Assembly (NCBI GenBank): GCA_037443035.1
Contig: JBBIPC010000005.1
Coordinates: 1 to 64,000 of the forward strand
Reading direction: 5' to 3'
Length of the DNA: 64,000 bases
Source: Chthonomonadales bacterium
GTDB lineage: Bacteria > Armatimonadota > Chthonomonadetes > Chthonomonadales > CAJBBX01
Shown: positions 18,261-28,788 of the stretch, in pieces
How the letters are laid out: each line of letters opens with the position of its first letter
Numbering within the stretch: the first letter of the stretch is position 1
Translations under genes and position numbers: made by a program
Notes under the pieces: generated by a model
What the model was told of the DNA's origin: nothing
The model's database searches: none
The model's input: the letters and a program-made list of their open reading frames with translations, nothing else

Positions 18261-19262
18261 ATGAACACAGTACGCATAGGGGTCATCGGTCTGGGCATTG
18301 GCAAGCGTCATCTGGAAAGCTACCGGAACATGCCGGGGGTGGTTATCGCTGCGGTAGCCGATCCGGATCCGGCACGGCGAGAGGAGTGCGCCGAGCGCTA
18401 CGCGGCGGCTGCGTGGGACAACGGCGAGGCTCTCCTCCGGGAGGCGCAAGTTGACGCCGTCAGTGTCTGCACTCCACCATCCTCGCACCGAAGCCTGACG
18501 TGTCTGGCAGCCTCCCGCGGCATTCATGTGCTCTGCGAGAAGCCCATGGCGCCGACCCTCGCCGACTGCGACGCCATGGTGGCGGCCTGCAGGGAGGCAG
18601 GCGTGCTGCTCATGGTTGCTCAGAAAAAGAGGTTCCACCCCTTCGTGCAGCGGCTCAAGCATGAAACGGAAGGTCGTCTTGGACCTATCCGGTGGGCTGT
18701 CGTGAAGTATGCGCTTGGACGCGTTCCCATGCAATGGTTCTGGGACGAGGCTGACGGCGGAGGCCCCCTGCAAGAGAACTCCGTCCATGCTGTGGATACG
18801 CTGCGCTACCTCATGGGAGAAGTGGAGACGGTCATGGCAGTCGGCGGCAACCTCTTCAACCCTCAGCACGTGCCCCAAGTCGACACGGCCGCCGTAAGTC
18901 TTCGGTTCCAGTCTGGCGCCGTTGCCGCGCTCGGCCTGGGGCAGGCCAGCGAGTGGGCTTTCGCCGACGAGCACTTCTTCTTCGCTTGCGACGGCGGCGA
19001 AGTCCATTTCAGCGGCCGTTTCGACATGCCTGTGCACTGGTGGCTGGCAGTGCGGAGCCCTCAGGCGGAACCTGAAGTCGAGGAGCTGCCCGGTGACGAT
19101 TGTTTCGATCGCGAGATAGCGCACTTCTTGCAGTGCGTTCGAACCCGTACCGAGCCACTGGTGACCGGAGCAGACGCGCGCAACTCTGTCGCGGTAACCC
19201 TCGCCATCAAGGCGAGCATTCGTTCCGGACAGGCCGTACGGCTCGCTACTCCGGACAGTTAG
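18261..19262 (+). CDS. Gfo/Idh/MocA family oxidoreductase
   Basis: [18 protein letters not shown] and GGGPL.ENSVH..D motifs; GGAGG before ATG at 18261. Confidence 0.92.
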   Translation: MNTVRIGVIGLGIGKRHLESYRNMPGVVIAAVADPDPARREECAERYAAAAWDNGEALLREAQVDAVSVCTPPSSHRSLTCLAASRGIHVLCEKPMAPTLADCDAMVAACREAGVLLMVAQKKRFHPFVQRLKHETEGRLGPIRWAVVKYALGRVPMQWFWDEADGGGPLQENSVHAVDTLRYLMGEVETVMAVGGNLFNPQHVPQVDTAAVSLRFQSGAVAALGLGQASEWAFADEHFFFACDGGEVHFSGRFDMPVHWWLAVRSPQAEPEVEELPGDDCFDREIAHFLQCVRTRTEPLVTGADARNSVAVTLAIKASIRSGQAVRLATPDS

Positions 19263-20037
19263 GGTGCCAGGGGGCTGCGCCGGGGATGGGATAGAGGCGC
19301 ATGAGCTCCACGCCTGACCAGGGTTCGCCGCACGGATCGGCGAGCAACGCCCCGCGGCTCATCCACTTTGCATGGCCATCGAAGAACGCGGCATTGACAC
19401 CTTCGATGTGGCGTCGCATGGCCAAGACGGGTTGGTCATAGCCCACTTTGTTGTAGAGGTTTTTGGGAGGTTCGTACCACGAATCGTCGAAGGGGTCGCC
19501 CTTCTCGGTAACAACGATAATGTCCGACGGCCGGTCCACAGCCGACAGGGGAAGCCATTCCGCGGCTCGATTGGCGACATACGAACGGGGTACCAGCGGA
19601 TTGCCCCCGAGACCGTTCTCGGAAGCATGCGGCACCCGTCCACCGTCAGACGGACAGACGAGCAGTCCACCGTTGTTGCGTGTGTACGGGAGGATCTGGT
19701 TCCACCAGCGGTTCGCTCTGGTCGCACCGAGTGGACGAGTGGGATCCGCTCGGCTGAGCTGGCTGTTGTGCCCGAAGAAGAAGCACCGCTCGTCATAGTC
19801 GGCAATGTACATGGCGAGCCCCATGCCCAACTGGCGCATGTTGGAGCTGCATACAGCTTGTCGCGCCTTCTCTCGAGCCTGGGCGAACACGGGGAAGAGG
19901 ATGGCCGCCAGAATCGCGACGATGGCAATGACGACGAGGAGCTCGATAAGTGTGACACCATGAAGACGACTGCCCAAGGGACGCTCCGCTGTGCGATGCC
20001 GCCTAGCGGACAAGGGGCAGCACACGTCGGAACTCAT
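19246..20037 (-). CDS. Prepilin-type N-terminal cleavage/methylation, DUF1559 / H-X9-DG protein
   Basis: [49 protein letters not shown]. Confidence 0.9.
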   Translation of the reverse strand: MSSDVCCPLSARRHRTAERPLGSRLHGVTLIELLVVIAIVAILAAILFPVFAQAREKARQAVCSSNMRQLGMGLAMYIADYDERCFFFGHNSQLSRADPTRPLGATRANRWWNQILPYTRNNGGLLVCPSDGGRVPHASENGLGGNPLVPRSYVANRAAEWLPLSAVDRPSDIIVVTEKGDPFDDSWYEPPKNLYNKVGYDQPVLAMRRHIEGVNAAFFDGHAKWMSRGALLADPCGEPWSGVELMRLYPIPGAAPWHPNCPE

Positions 20038-20563
20038 CCGTACCTGCCCTCTCCAGAACTTCGTACAACGCCATCTCCGTACTCGTCACAACGACCCCAG
20101 CCTTCTCCATGCGCGAGAGCGCCACCACCCAGTTGGACTGTTTCCGGGACGATACGGCGTCAGCCGCCACGTGAGGTTCGTACCGCATGGCGAGCAAGTC
20201 GTGGGCGGTCTGGTGTACGCAAACATGTGTCTCCACGCCGCAGAGAAGGACCTGACGTCGGCCCGTTGCCTCCACGGCTGCCGCAATGGCATCGTCCCGC
20301 ATACAGCTGAACGTCATCTTGTTGTAGACGGTGCCATCCACGAGGGGCCGGACCTCAGGTATCAGATCCCCGAGGCGATCTCGATTTTGCACCGTAGCCA
20401 CGATCGGCAGGCCGAGAGCGGCCGCCGCTTGCAGAAGAATCACGGTGTTCGTGACAACGCGGTCCCTATCCCAGATCACGCGCATGAGCGGTTCCTGGAC
20501 GTCCACAACCATCAGGAGGGTGTCGTCGCGTCGCAACAGGAATGGCGAGGATGCAATGTTCAT
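20003..20563 (-). CDS. Isochorismatase family cysteine hydrolase
   Basis: VVDVQE, KMTFS and [12 protein letters not shown] motifs. Confidence 0.9.
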   Translation of the reverse strand: MNIASSPFLLRRDDTLLMVVDVQEPLMRVIWDRDRVVTNTVILLQAAAALGLPIVATVQNRDRLGDLIPEVRPLVDGTVYNKMTFSCMRDDAIAAAVEATGRRQVLLCGVETHVCVHQTAHDLLAMRYEPHVAADAVSSRKQSNWVVALSRMEKAGVVVTSTEMALYEVLERAGTDEFRRVLPLVR

Positions 20564-20634
20564 TCCTAACTTGGGCCGTGCCTCGGACGTGGAGTGACCG
20601 AATGATACCCGCTACGTCTGGAGGTGACCACCGA

Positions 20635-21837
20635 CTAGAAAGTCGGACGAAGTGGCAAGTCCCCTGGCACGCCAGGTCTCATCCGGCTTTCCGTGTAGGC
20701 CGTGCCGCCGTCATCGGCGCCGTTGGGACCGACGCTGTAGAGCTCGTAACGTGTGCCTGATCGTCTATAGATCAGAGGGTTCCCGGAGAAGGGGTCCGCG
20801 AGCATCTCACCACGGACACACGCTTCGAGCTTCGGTGGGTACGTGCCATGCCGTTGCCGAAACGCCTCCAGACGGAGCGCAGCGTGGAGAACTCGGATCC
20901 GTGCCTGGATGTACGCATGGCGGATGAAGTGGACTCCCATGGCATCAGGCGCAAGCGATTCGTCGGCCAGAATGCCTTCGAGTCCCTTCAGCGCTGCGGG
21001 CGGAGTGACACTCGAGAGCGGCTTGGCCGCTTCGGCGACCCAGCGGTTCATGTAGGCATCCAGCGCGTTGTAGGCGGGCATCTTCGGTTTCAGGAGGAAA
21101 TCCCACTCGTACTTCTCCCGTGGTATGTGGAACCGGAGAATTCGCATGGCGCCAGGGCTCACAGTCCGGTGAAGCTGCATGAGACGTACGTACCGTTCGG
21201 CCCGCATCATCTCGACCAGCGGCGTCATCGTCTCGTCCATCCGCTGCAGCGCGTCGGCGACGGTGGCGCACCGGTCTGCGCTCAGCTTGGGCAGCAACTC
21301 CGGCGCCACTTCGAAGACCGGCACGAGACTTAGAAACCCGGTGGTGATGTGCAGAGTAGCGCCCCCACGCATGACACCTGTCCCGTAATAAGCCGCGGCC
21401 ACGAAAGTCGCGAGCGCCGTGTCTGGGTCCGTTGCTGCAGTATGACGGACCGAGATAGCCGCCAGCCGTGTCACATGCGGAAAGGCGAGAGCACCGACGA
21501 ACTTCTCCGACGTGAGCAGGCCGGTCACGACGGAAGGCTTGCCCGATAGTCGCCGCAGGGTCTGGAGCACGTCGCCGTTGGCTTCGAGAACGCGGTCCAC
21601 GTCCGGGCCCGACGTCTTGCCGCTGCGGTAGACCTCCATGATCAGTCGTGGATCCTGCACGCTTGTGACCAACTCCACATACTGATCGTAGACGTTGCCT
21701 GCAGGCAACTGGCGTGCCGGCGGTGTGGGTGTTGGTACCGTGTTCAGCTCACGGACCCATAGTCCCACACCCAGCCACGTGAACAGCAGAAGGTCAACGA
21801 CGGCCACGCCGATCCAGAGAAAGCGCCGACGCTTCAT
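20635..21837 (-). CDS. Membrane-anchored protein with a GspG/pseudopilin-like C-terminal motif
   Basis: N-terminal TM after MKRRRF; C-terminal F...HG.YP..L...DPFSG.PLIY...YELYSVGPNG.DDGG. Confidence 0.75.
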   Translation of the reverse strand: MKRRRFLWIGVAVVDLLLFTWLGVGLWVRELNTVPTPTPPARQLPAGNVYDQYVELVTSVQDPRLIMEVYRSGKTSGPDVDRVLEANGDVLQTLRRLSGKPSVVTGLLTSEKFVGALAFPHVTRLAAISVRHTAATDPDTALATFVAAAYYGTGVMRGGATLHITTGFLSLVPVFEVAPELLPKLSADRCATVADALQRMDETMTPLVEMMRAERYVRLMQLHRTVSPGAMRILRFHIPREKYEWDFLLKPKMPAYNALDAYMNRWVAEAAKPLSSVTPPAALKGLEGILADESLAPDAMGVHFIRHAYIQARIRVLHAALRLEAFRQRHGTYPPKLEACVRGEMLADPFSGNPLIYRRSGTRYELYSVGPNGADDGGTAYTESRMRPGVPGDLPLRPTF

Positions 21838-21853
21838 GGCGCGTGACGCTCTC

Positions 21854-22060
21854 TCACTTCTCTTCGAACATCTGATACGTCTTCGTGCCTGGCTTGGCCG
21901 GATTCTTCTCCGTCCCTGCCACGACTTTCGCGTCGTGCTCTCGTCGCACCTGCATCGTGTAGGCGCCAACCCTCCACAGAATGAGTGCCGCTGCGATGAC
22001 GAGGATGACGATCTGCCACGGCTGAATGGACGTGGCACCGAGACTCTTCCTAGCCTTCAT
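21854..22060 (-). CDS. Small single-TM protein in the pilin-like operon
   Basis: 68 aa, one hydrophobic segment; GGGAG upstream; co-oriented between its neighbours. Confidence 0.65.
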   Translation of the reverse strand: MKARKSLGATSIQPWQIVILVIAAALILWRVGAYTMQVRREHDAKVVAGTEKNPAKPGTKTYQMFEEK

Positions 22061-22084
22061 GCTCTGAGCTCCCTTACGTACCGT

Positions 22085-22114
22085 GCAGCCGGAGCGATGC
22101 GGCGCTCCGGCTGC
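22085..22114. terminator. 12-bp GC stem-loop downstream of the DUF1559 gene
   Basis: GCAGCCGGAGCG-ATGCGG-CGCTCCGGCTGC perfect stem; no U-tract. Confidence 0.6.
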
Positions 22115-22144
22115 GTACCTCGCGGATTCGTCGAGCGGTGCTCG

Positions 22145-22987
22145 TCAGTCAGCGTACCGCGTCCATTGGGCCGGCGTGGACTGGCGCAGGGACTTCATGT
22201 GCCCGTCGCAGAAGATGGCGTTGAAGTTGCCGGTGTGGCGCTTCGCCACGCGCCCACGCTTCTCCCCAGCGATCCAGCATCCACTCGTCGTATCGCCTCC
22301 CCGAGTGGTCGTGGTCACGTCGGTATCTCGCGGATAGCGGAATACCGCCGCGGTGCTGGAGTTGCCCGCATCCGTGCCGCAAGTCGGAGCCCCGTCCACA
22401 GCCGCGAAAGTGTTCGCCGGGTCAGCGATTTCGGCATCGGCGGCTCCGAGATCCATCGTCGTATCACCGAGGGCCGAGTCATACTCGGATCTTGACACGA
22501 GACCGTGATAGCATGCCAGGCCGTAGGGGTCGTTGCACCATACAGGGTCTTCGTTGTACGACTCATTGATCAGATAGCCCATGGACCATGGCCGAACCGT
22601 GGTGCCGATGGGCGGATCACCCCACATGGCAATGACAGGGGCGCAGCCCGCTCGCCCGTCGTCGCGTACGAAGCGGCGCTCAGGGATGCTGGGACACCCG
22701 TAGAGCTGACTGTTCTTGATGTACGGGTAGATGAGGTCTGCCCAGATGAACATAGGACAGGCACCCCAGGTGTTGGGATAGGCGTACGAGCCAACATTGA
22801 TCTCGTCATAGTCTTGCGCGTACATGCGCATGGCCAGTCCGAGCTGCTTGCCGTTGCTCAGACACGCCGTCGCCCGGGCTTTCTCACGAGCCTGGGCGAA
22901 CACAGGGAAGAGGATCGCTGCGAGGATCGCAATGATGGCGATCACGACGAGCAGTTCGATCAGGGTGAAGCCTCTTGCACGTACCAT
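22145..22987 (-). CDS. Prepilin-type N-terminal cleavage/methylation, DUF1559 / H-X9-DG protein
   Basis: [64 protein letters not shown]. Confidence 0.93.
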   Translation of the reverse strand: MVRARGFTLIELLVVIAIIAILAAILFPVFAQAREKARATACLSNGKQLGLAMRMYAQDYDEINVGSYAYPNTWGACPMFIWADLIYPYIKNSQLYGCPSIPERRFVRDDGRAGCAPVIAMWGDPPIGTTVRPWSMGYLINESYNEDPVWCNDPYGLACYHGLVSRSEYDSALGDTTMDLGAADAEIADPANTFAAVDGAPTCGTDAGNSSTAAVFRYPRDTDVTTTTRGGDTTSGCWIAGEKRGRVAKRHTGNFNAIFCDGHMKSLRQSTPAQWTRYAD

Positions 22988-23538
22988 GCTTCCGTACTCC
23001 TTTCACGGTCTGTCGTGATGAGTCTGACCGTCCGTCGTTCCAGACAGCCCCGAAACGCGAACACTTGCATAGGCGCACATGCCCCCAGGCCTTGCGTGAG
23101 TCACCCAGGACCCCGACAGGCCGACGTCCCACTGCGTTTATAGTAACGTGAATCTGCCGAAACGTCAACGGGTTGCGGAAAAAAGGTCGCGAGAGCAGAG
23201 AGGTTCGCTGCCAGATCACGAGCTACTCAGCAGAATTACGGTGTTGTTGCCGACCCGGATCCCACTCTGGGCATACCCTCCATTCGCCAGCAAGACCCGC
23301 CTCACGAAACACATCCAGCTCGAACGCGCGGCCATGCCAGCGCATTCCACACGACGAGACAGAGAACCAGAACGGATAGGGCTGCGATCACTGCGATGGG
23401 GCAATCCCGAACATCCGGAATGGCGCAACGGCTACTCGTTCGCCACACGCGGCACCGGGTCCTTTGTCCGTCTTACGTGTCGTCGTAGGCGGCAGGACAG
23501 CGTGAGCACGATGACGAAACGCGTCATGGGGAGAATAG

Positions 23539-25500
23539 GTGAAGCGATCAGCTCCGCTCGGAGTGCGCCTAGCGGTCATGGCTGCTGTAGCGGCGATTAT
23601 CGTGGGAGTAGCCTCGTGGTTGCTCGGAGCACCGTGGTATTTCGCCGCAGGCATACCTGCTGTGACCGCTGCCAGCGTCTGGGGAATGGCTTGCAGAGAC
23701 GTTCTCCGACAGCTTCGCGCACTGGCTGAGCGGTCGGCGCAAATGGCCGCCGGGGAGAGCACCGAACCGGTGCAGTGCGCAGATCCACTCGCGCAGATCG
23801 GTCGCGACCTCGATGCGGTCGCCAACGCTCTGCAGACACGCGACGCACTTCTCCGCACCGCGGAGGAAGCCCTCCGCACGAACGAGGCGCGCTATCGCAA
23901 TCTGTTCGACTCCAATCCTCATCCTATGCTGGTCTTCGATGTGGAGACGTTGGAGATACTCGCTGCGAATGACGCTGCCATCCGCCGGTACGGTTTCACG
24001 CGTCAGCAGTTTCTCCGCATGACGGTACGGCATCTTCTTCCCGAAGCCGTGACCGGCGGCGTTCCCGCAGTCCTGGAAAGGATGGCGCTCCATCACGAGC
24101 ATCCAAGGGAGGATATCCACCGTTGTCGGGACGGACGCCTCATAGATGTCGAGGTCTCTTCCCACCGCATTCAGTTTGCCAACCGCCCGGCCGCGATCGC
24201 GATGCTGGCCGACATAACCCTGCGGAAGCGTGCGGAAGCCGAGAACCAACGCAGGGCCGCTGCCATGGCGCACCTCTACGAGTCGGCGCTCGAACAGTCG
24301 GCCACTCTGAGTACCTCCGAGGTGGCCGAAGCCGTCGTCCGGGCCGCTGTCGAGCGATTCGGGGCGGGTGCAGCATGGTTGCAGCACCGAAGCGAGAATG
24401 CCTCCCGTGGCATCATCGCGGCCTGGCCAAGAGCGAGCGGGACGGTACCGGTCGGTCACTCCGATGCAGACCCGGTGAAGCTGCCCTCCGCGATCGCTCT
24501 TCGTGACCGCCGACCGGTCTGCTACCCGACGGATGAAGCGCTGTGGGAGAGCGGTCCGTGGGCCGACAACGAGGCTCCGGAAGGGCTTCGCCACGGCATC
24601 GCTTTTCCGCTGGCAGCACGAGACAGGGCGTTCGGCGTTCTTCACATGCTCAGCGACAAGGACTGGGTGGCCGATCAGCAGCGCTTAGACGTGCTGAGCA
24701 GCTTTGCACTCAACGCAGGGTCGGCGCTCATCAACGCGGAGATGCACGAGCAGTTGGAGGAGGTAGCGCGCTGGCTGGAGCATAGGGTGCAGGAGAGGAC
24801 GGCCGAGCTGGAGTTCGCCAACAAGGAGCTGCAGTCCTTCGCCCATTCCGTTTCCCATGACCTTAGGGCACCGCTGCGCGGCATCCAGGGGTTCACGCGC
24901 CTACTGCTGCATGAGTGTGCGGCCGAGCTCTCGGAGGGTGCCCGCCACTACCTTGGCATGATCCTATGCAACGTTGACGAGATGCAGGCGCTCATCACGG
25001 CGCTCTTGGCTTTTTCCCGGTCTGCAAGACAACCACTCCACCTCCACGAGGTGGACACCAACTCTCTTGTCGAAACCGTTCTCACCAGCCTCCAGCATGA
25101 AATGGAAGGGCGGAACATCGAGTTTCGGATTGGGGTTCTTCCACCATGCATGGCGGACAGAACGTTGCTGAGGCAGGTCTTTGCCAACCTCTTGTCGAAC
25201 GCCATCAAGTACACGGCAAGAAGCAACCCAGCCGTCATCGAGGTCGGAAGCATGGCCGCAGAGAACGAACAGGTGTACTATGTCCGGGATAACGGCGTGG
25301 GCTTCGACCCTACTAACGCCAACCGGCTCTTTGGCGTGTTCCAGCGTCTTCACAGTTCCGACGAGTTCCCCGGCACGGGGGTCGGTCTCGCGACAGTGCA
25401 GAGAATCGTAACGCGCCACGGGGGACGCATCTGGTTCGATGCAGCGCCAGGTCGCGGCGCCACGTTCTATTTCACGATCGCCTCGCAGAAGAGTGACTGA
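23539..25500 (+). CDS. Membrane sensor histidine kinase (TM-HAMP-like-PAS-GAF-HisKA-HATPase)
   Basis: H-box SVSHDLRAPL; NLLSNAIKYT, DNGVGF and GTGVGLA motifs; PAS (LFDSNPHPM...AND). Confidence 0.93.
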   Translation: MKRSAPLGVRLAVMAAVAAIIVGVASWLLGAPWYFAAGIPAVTAASVWGMACRDVLRQLRALAERSAQMAAGESTEPVQCADPLAQIGRDLDAVANALQTRDALLRTAEEALRTNEARYRNLFDSNPHPMLVFDVETLEILAANDAAIRRYGFTRQQFLRMTVRHLLPEAVTGGVPAVLERMALHHEHPREDIHRCRDGRLIDVEVSSHRIQFANRPAAIAMLADITLRKRAEAENQRRAAAMAHLYESALEQSATLSTSEVAEAVVRAAVERFGAGAAWLQHRSENASRGIIAAWPRASGTVPVGHSDADPVKLPSAIALRDRRPVCYPTDEALWESGPWADNEAPEGLRHGIAFPLAARDRAFGVLHMLSDKDWVADQQRLDVLSSFALNAGSALINAEMHEQLEEVARWLEHRVQERTAELEFANKELQSFAHSVSHDLRAPLRGIQGFTRLLLHECAAELSEGARHYLGMILCNVDEMQALITALLAFSRSARQPLHLHEVDTNSLVETVLTSLQHEMEGRNIEFRIGVLPPCMADRTLLRQVFANLLSNAIKYTARSNPAVIEVGSMAAENEQVYYVRDNGVGFDPTNANRLFGVFQRLHSSDEFPGTGVGLATVQRIVTRHGGRIWFDAAPGRGATFYFTIASQKSD

Positions 25501-25537
25501 GGGAATACGGAAGCTGAGCAGTCTCAGGGGAGAGATA

Positions 25538-27043
25538 ATGGCACCAGAGGGCGGAATGGGAAAAACCAGACTGCGTGTGGTTGTGGTGGAAGATCGGAGG
25601 TCCGACGCGGAACTGATGATGGCCGAATTATGCAGGTCCGGGTTCGACGTGGATTGGATACGAGTGGAGACGGCGGAGGGCTTCGTCGAAGCGTTGACCC
25701 CTCCGCCTGACATCGTCCTCGCCGACTACTGGCTGCCGCAGTTCGACGCCATACGTGCGCTGGGCCTCCTCAACGAACACGCGCCAGACGTACCGCTCAT
25801 CGTGGTCACAGGCCAGCTTGGCGACGAGGCAGCGGCGGAATGCATGAAGCTCGGAGCCAGCGACTATGTGTTGAAGGACAGGCTCGCGCGCCTAGGACCT
25901 GCCGTGGAAATCGCTCTCCAGCAGCGTCGCATGGAGGAAGAACGGAAGCAAGCTCTAGCGGCCCTCGAGGAAAGCGAACAGAGACTGAAGCTTGTGCTGG
26001 AGGGTAGCCAGAACGCTTTCTGGGACGTGGACCTATCCACGGGCCGCATCGAACGGGATCCCCAGCTAGCCGAGATGCTCGGTTACGAAGTCAATCGCAT
26101 TGCCTGGTTGAACGCGCACTTCGAGGAACTCGTGCATCCCGCCGACAGAGAGGAAGCTCGGGCAGCCTTCGAGCGTCATCTCTCCGGCCAGACGCCGTCC
26201 TACGAAGCAGAGTATCGCCTGAGACGCCAGGACGGCTCGTGGATCTGGGTACTGGACCATGGGCGGGTAGTGCGATGGGATGCCAATGGTCGGCCACTTC
26301 GAGCGGCGGGCACGCTCCGCGACATTACCGACTCCAAGACCGTGCGCGAACGCCTGACGAAGTCGCTGAATCAGCTCCGCGCTCTAGCTCGACGGCTACA
26401 GACCGTTCGGGAGGAGGAGCGGTCCGGCATCGCCCGTGAAGTCCATGACGTGCTCGGACAAGAGATGACCGGCTTCAAGATGGATGTGCGGTGGCTGGCG
26501 GACCGCCTGGAGAAGCTCCAAAGCACCGCTGACATTGCCCCTCTTCGGGAGAAGCTCGATGCCATGACCCGTCAGCTCGAGCAAACGATGCAGACCATAC
26601 GGCGGATTTCCACCGAACTTCGGCCTGCAGTGCTGGATGCCCTGGGACTGGTGGCAGCGCTGGAGTGGCAGGCCACGGACTTCGCCAAGCGTGCCGCGAT
26701 ACCGTGCGACTTCAGTTCCTCTCATGAAGACATCGAGGTAGACGAAGGCCGCGCAACCGCTGTCTTCCGCATCTTCCAGGAGGCGTTGACCAATGTGGCG
26801 CGCCACGCGAACGCCCACCGTGTCGTCGCGGAACTCTCGGTGACAGATGGCACCTTGCGCCTCGTCATCCGTGACGATGGAGTGGGCATTGCCCAAGAAC
26901 ACCTGGCGTCAGGGCGCTCGTTGGGTCTCCTGGGCATGCAGGAACGTGCGATGATGTTCGGCGGGACCGTGGAAGTAACGCATAACCCGGGAGGTGGCAC
27001 CTGCGTTACGCTGACCATGCCGATCCACGATAGAACCGGCTAA
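25538..27043 (+). CDS. Hybrid REC-PAS-HisKA_3 (NarX/UhpB-type) histidine kinase
   Basis: REC (VEDRRSD...LADYWLP...DYVLKD); PAS (VHPAD...EYRLRRQDGSW); AREVHDVLGQ, QEALTNVARH and DDGVG motifs. Confidence 0.9.
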   Translation: MAPEGGMGKTRLRVVVVEDRRSDAELMMAELCRSGFDVDWIRVETAEGFVEALTPPPDIVLADYWLPQFDAIRALGLLNEHAPDVPLIVVTGQLGDEAAAECMKLGASDYVLKDRLARLGPAVEIALQQRRMEEERKQALAALEESEQRLKLVLEGSQNAFWDVDLSTGRIERDPQLAEMLGYEVNRIAWLNAHFEELVHPADREEARAAFERHLSGQTPSYEAEYRLRRQDGSWIWVLDHGRVVRWDANGRPLRAAGTLRDITDSKTVRERLTKSLNQLRALARRLQTVREEERSGIAREVHDVLGQEMTGFKMDVRWLADRLEKLQSTADIAPLREKLDAMTRQLEQTMQTIRRISTELRPAVLDALGLVAALEWQATDFAKRAAIPCDFSSSHEDIEVDEGRATAVFRIFQEALTNVARHANAHRVVAELSVTDGTLRLVIRDDGVGIAQEHLASGRSLGLLGMQERAMMFGGTVEVTHNPGGGTCVTLTMPIHDRTG

Positions 27044-27134
27044 CCCAGTCGTTGACGAACGGCCTGGCCCCAGGGAAACGGCCCGCTTTGGCGTATAGTA
27101 TAGTCGAGGCATCACGAATCACAAGGAGTATCCC

Positions 27135-27767
27135 ATGACATCGGTGCTGCTCGTGGACGATCACGCAGTAGTCCGCCAAGGCCTCAAGCAGATCCTCGCA
27201 CCTGCATTGCCAGCGGCTAGAATCGACGAGGCCGCCAACGCGGACGAGGCGCTGGGCATGCTCCTGAACGGCTCTTACGATCTTGTCATGCTGGATATCA
27301 GCATGCCAGGGCGGAGCGGACTGGAGCTCCTCCGTGACATCAAGTACCAGCAGCCCGATCTCCCCGTGCTCGTGCTGAGTGTGCACCCAGAGGATCAGAT
27401 GGGCGTGCGACTCTTGAAGGCCGGTGCCGCGGGCTACGTTAGCAAGGACTGCGCTCCAGAGGAACTGATCAAGGCCGTTACGAAGGTCTTGGCCGGTGGC
27501 CGCTACGTCAGCGATACTCTTGCGGAGCGGCTGGTCCTCGATCTGCAAGCCGATTCAGGGAAGCCGCCCCACGAGCAACTCTCCGATAGGGAGTTCGAAG
27601 TCCTCTGCGCCATCGCTCGGGGGAAGTCGGTAAGCGAGATTGCGCGGGACCTATCGCTCAGTGTGAAGACCGTAAGCACATACCGGACTCGCATTCTGGA
27701 GAAGATGCACATGAGGACGAATGCTGAGTTGACCCATTATGCTGTCCGGGAAGGGCTGGTGGACTGA
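27135..27767 (+). CDS. NarL/UvrY-like DNA-binding response regulator (REC + LuxR HTH)
   Basis: VDDH, LDISMPG; LSDREFEVL...LSVKTVSTYRTRILEKM. Confidence 0.95.
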   Translation: MTSVLLVDDHAVVRQGLKQILAPALPAARIDEAANADEALGMLLNGSYDLVMLDISMPGRSGLELLRDIKYQQPDLPVLVLSVHPEDQMGVRLLKAGAAGYVSKDCAPEELIKAVTKVLAGGRYVSDTLAERLVLDLQADSGKPPHEQLSDREFEVLCAIARGKSVSEIARDLSLSVKTVSTYRTRILEKMHMRTNAELTHYAVREGLVD

Positions 27768-27820
27768 CGGCCCTCGGCGCGCGACCGGCCATTGCACTGG
27801 AGAGCACCCGTACCGGGAAC

Positions 27821-27860
27821 GTAGGACGTTCTACCGACGCAGGCTTGCTCCATGTCCTAC
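27821..27860. promoter_or_regulatory. Putative NarL/LuxR-family operator
   Basis: Near-palindrome GTAGGACGTTCTAC (27821-27834) plus an extra half-site GTCCTAC (27854-27860), upstream of the REC-only regulator. Confidence 0.4.
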
Positions 27861-27945
27861 CCGTGGCACAGTTCTAGTCTGGTGGACCCCTCCTTCGGGT
27901 TCGAGCTATCCTGTTGCGTGACGAGGTGAAGCGCGGAGGCAGCAG

Positions 27946-28392
27946 ATGGTGCGAGTCTTGATAGTTGATGACCACGCAGCAGTAAGACAGGGTGTCCGGC
28001 AACTGCTTACCGAGCAGCTCCGTCCTGACGCGCAGGGCGAGGCATCCAGCGCCGACGAGGCCATCGAGATGGTTCGCCGCAACGAGTGGGACGTGGTCAT
28101 CTTGGACGTCAACATGCCTGGCAAGGGTGGCCTCGAAGCTCTGCGGGCGATGAAAGAGACGAACCCGAACCTGCCGGTGGTCATGTTCAGCGTGTACCCG
28201 CCGGAGCAGGTGGCGCGCCGATTCATCGCCGCAGGAGCGTCCGCCTATGTGAGCAAGGAGAGCGCTGCGGAAGAACTAGTCAATGCTGTACGCAAGGCGG
28301 TCGTAGACCGCCACCGGGAGCCCTCCGGCTCTCCTCGCGATCCGTCCGATTCCTGGGACGGCGACGATACGGTGACAGCCTGGCACCTCTAG
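27946..28392 (+). CDS. Stand-alone receiver-domain response regulator, paralog of the upstream NarL-type REC
   Basis: VDDHAAVRQG...LDVNMPG...YVSKE; no HTH. Confidence 0.88.
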   Translation: MVRVLIVDDHAAVRQGVRQLLTEQLRPDAQGEASSADEAIEMVRRNEWDVVILDVNMPGKGGLEALRAMKETNPNLPVVMFSVYPPEQVARRFIAAGASAYVSKESAAEELVNAVRKAVVDRHREPSGSPRDPSDSWDGDDTVTAWHL

Positions 28393-28437
28393 CGCTACTG
28401 CATCCCGCGGCGTCTGCCCCGTGGGGTTGCCGATGGC

Positions 28438-28788
28438 TCAGTAAACGGTATCGTCCGGCTGGCCTTCCGCGTCGCTCTTTCCTGAGAGGTCCTCTTCCAG
28501 GGCTTCCTCGAAATCATCGCCGAGATCCTCATCCATGGCGGCACTCATGTCCTTCACCCACCGCCGCATGGCCTTCGGATCGTTCTCTATGTCACCGTAC
28601 TTGGTCTCGTCGCAGAGCGATTCCAGCGCGTCATCCTCGGACCTTACGCGAGCGAACCTGGAGACCTGTTTCTCTAGCTCCTTGCCTCCGCAACGGGGAC
28701 ATGCCGTCGGTTTCGGGTTCGCGATAACGCCCACCAAGGCGCTGAAACGCTTCTTGCAGGACTTGCACTGAAACTCGAAGATGGGCAT
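28438..28788 (-). CDS. FmdB family zinc-ribbon protein
   Basis: MPIFEFQCKSC...CPRCG...VSRF; acidic tail. Confidence 0.88.
   Translation of the reverse strand: MPIFEFQCKSCKKRFSALVGVIANPKPTACPRCGGKELEKQVSRFARVRSEDDALESLCDETKYGDIENDPKAMRRWVKDMSAAMDEDLGDDFEEALEEDLSGKSDAEGQPDDTVY

Noticed and set aside
17661..19124. 487-aa minus-strand ORF
   Set aside because: Antisense to the well-supported DUF4185-like and Gfo/Idh/MocA genes.
22988..23538. 550-bp gap containing ORF 23148..23729 and possible ncRNA
   Set aside because: The ORF has no recognisable motifs and overlaps the kinase out of frame. I found no tRNA, riboswitch or repeat pattern; it is probably a divergent promoter region.
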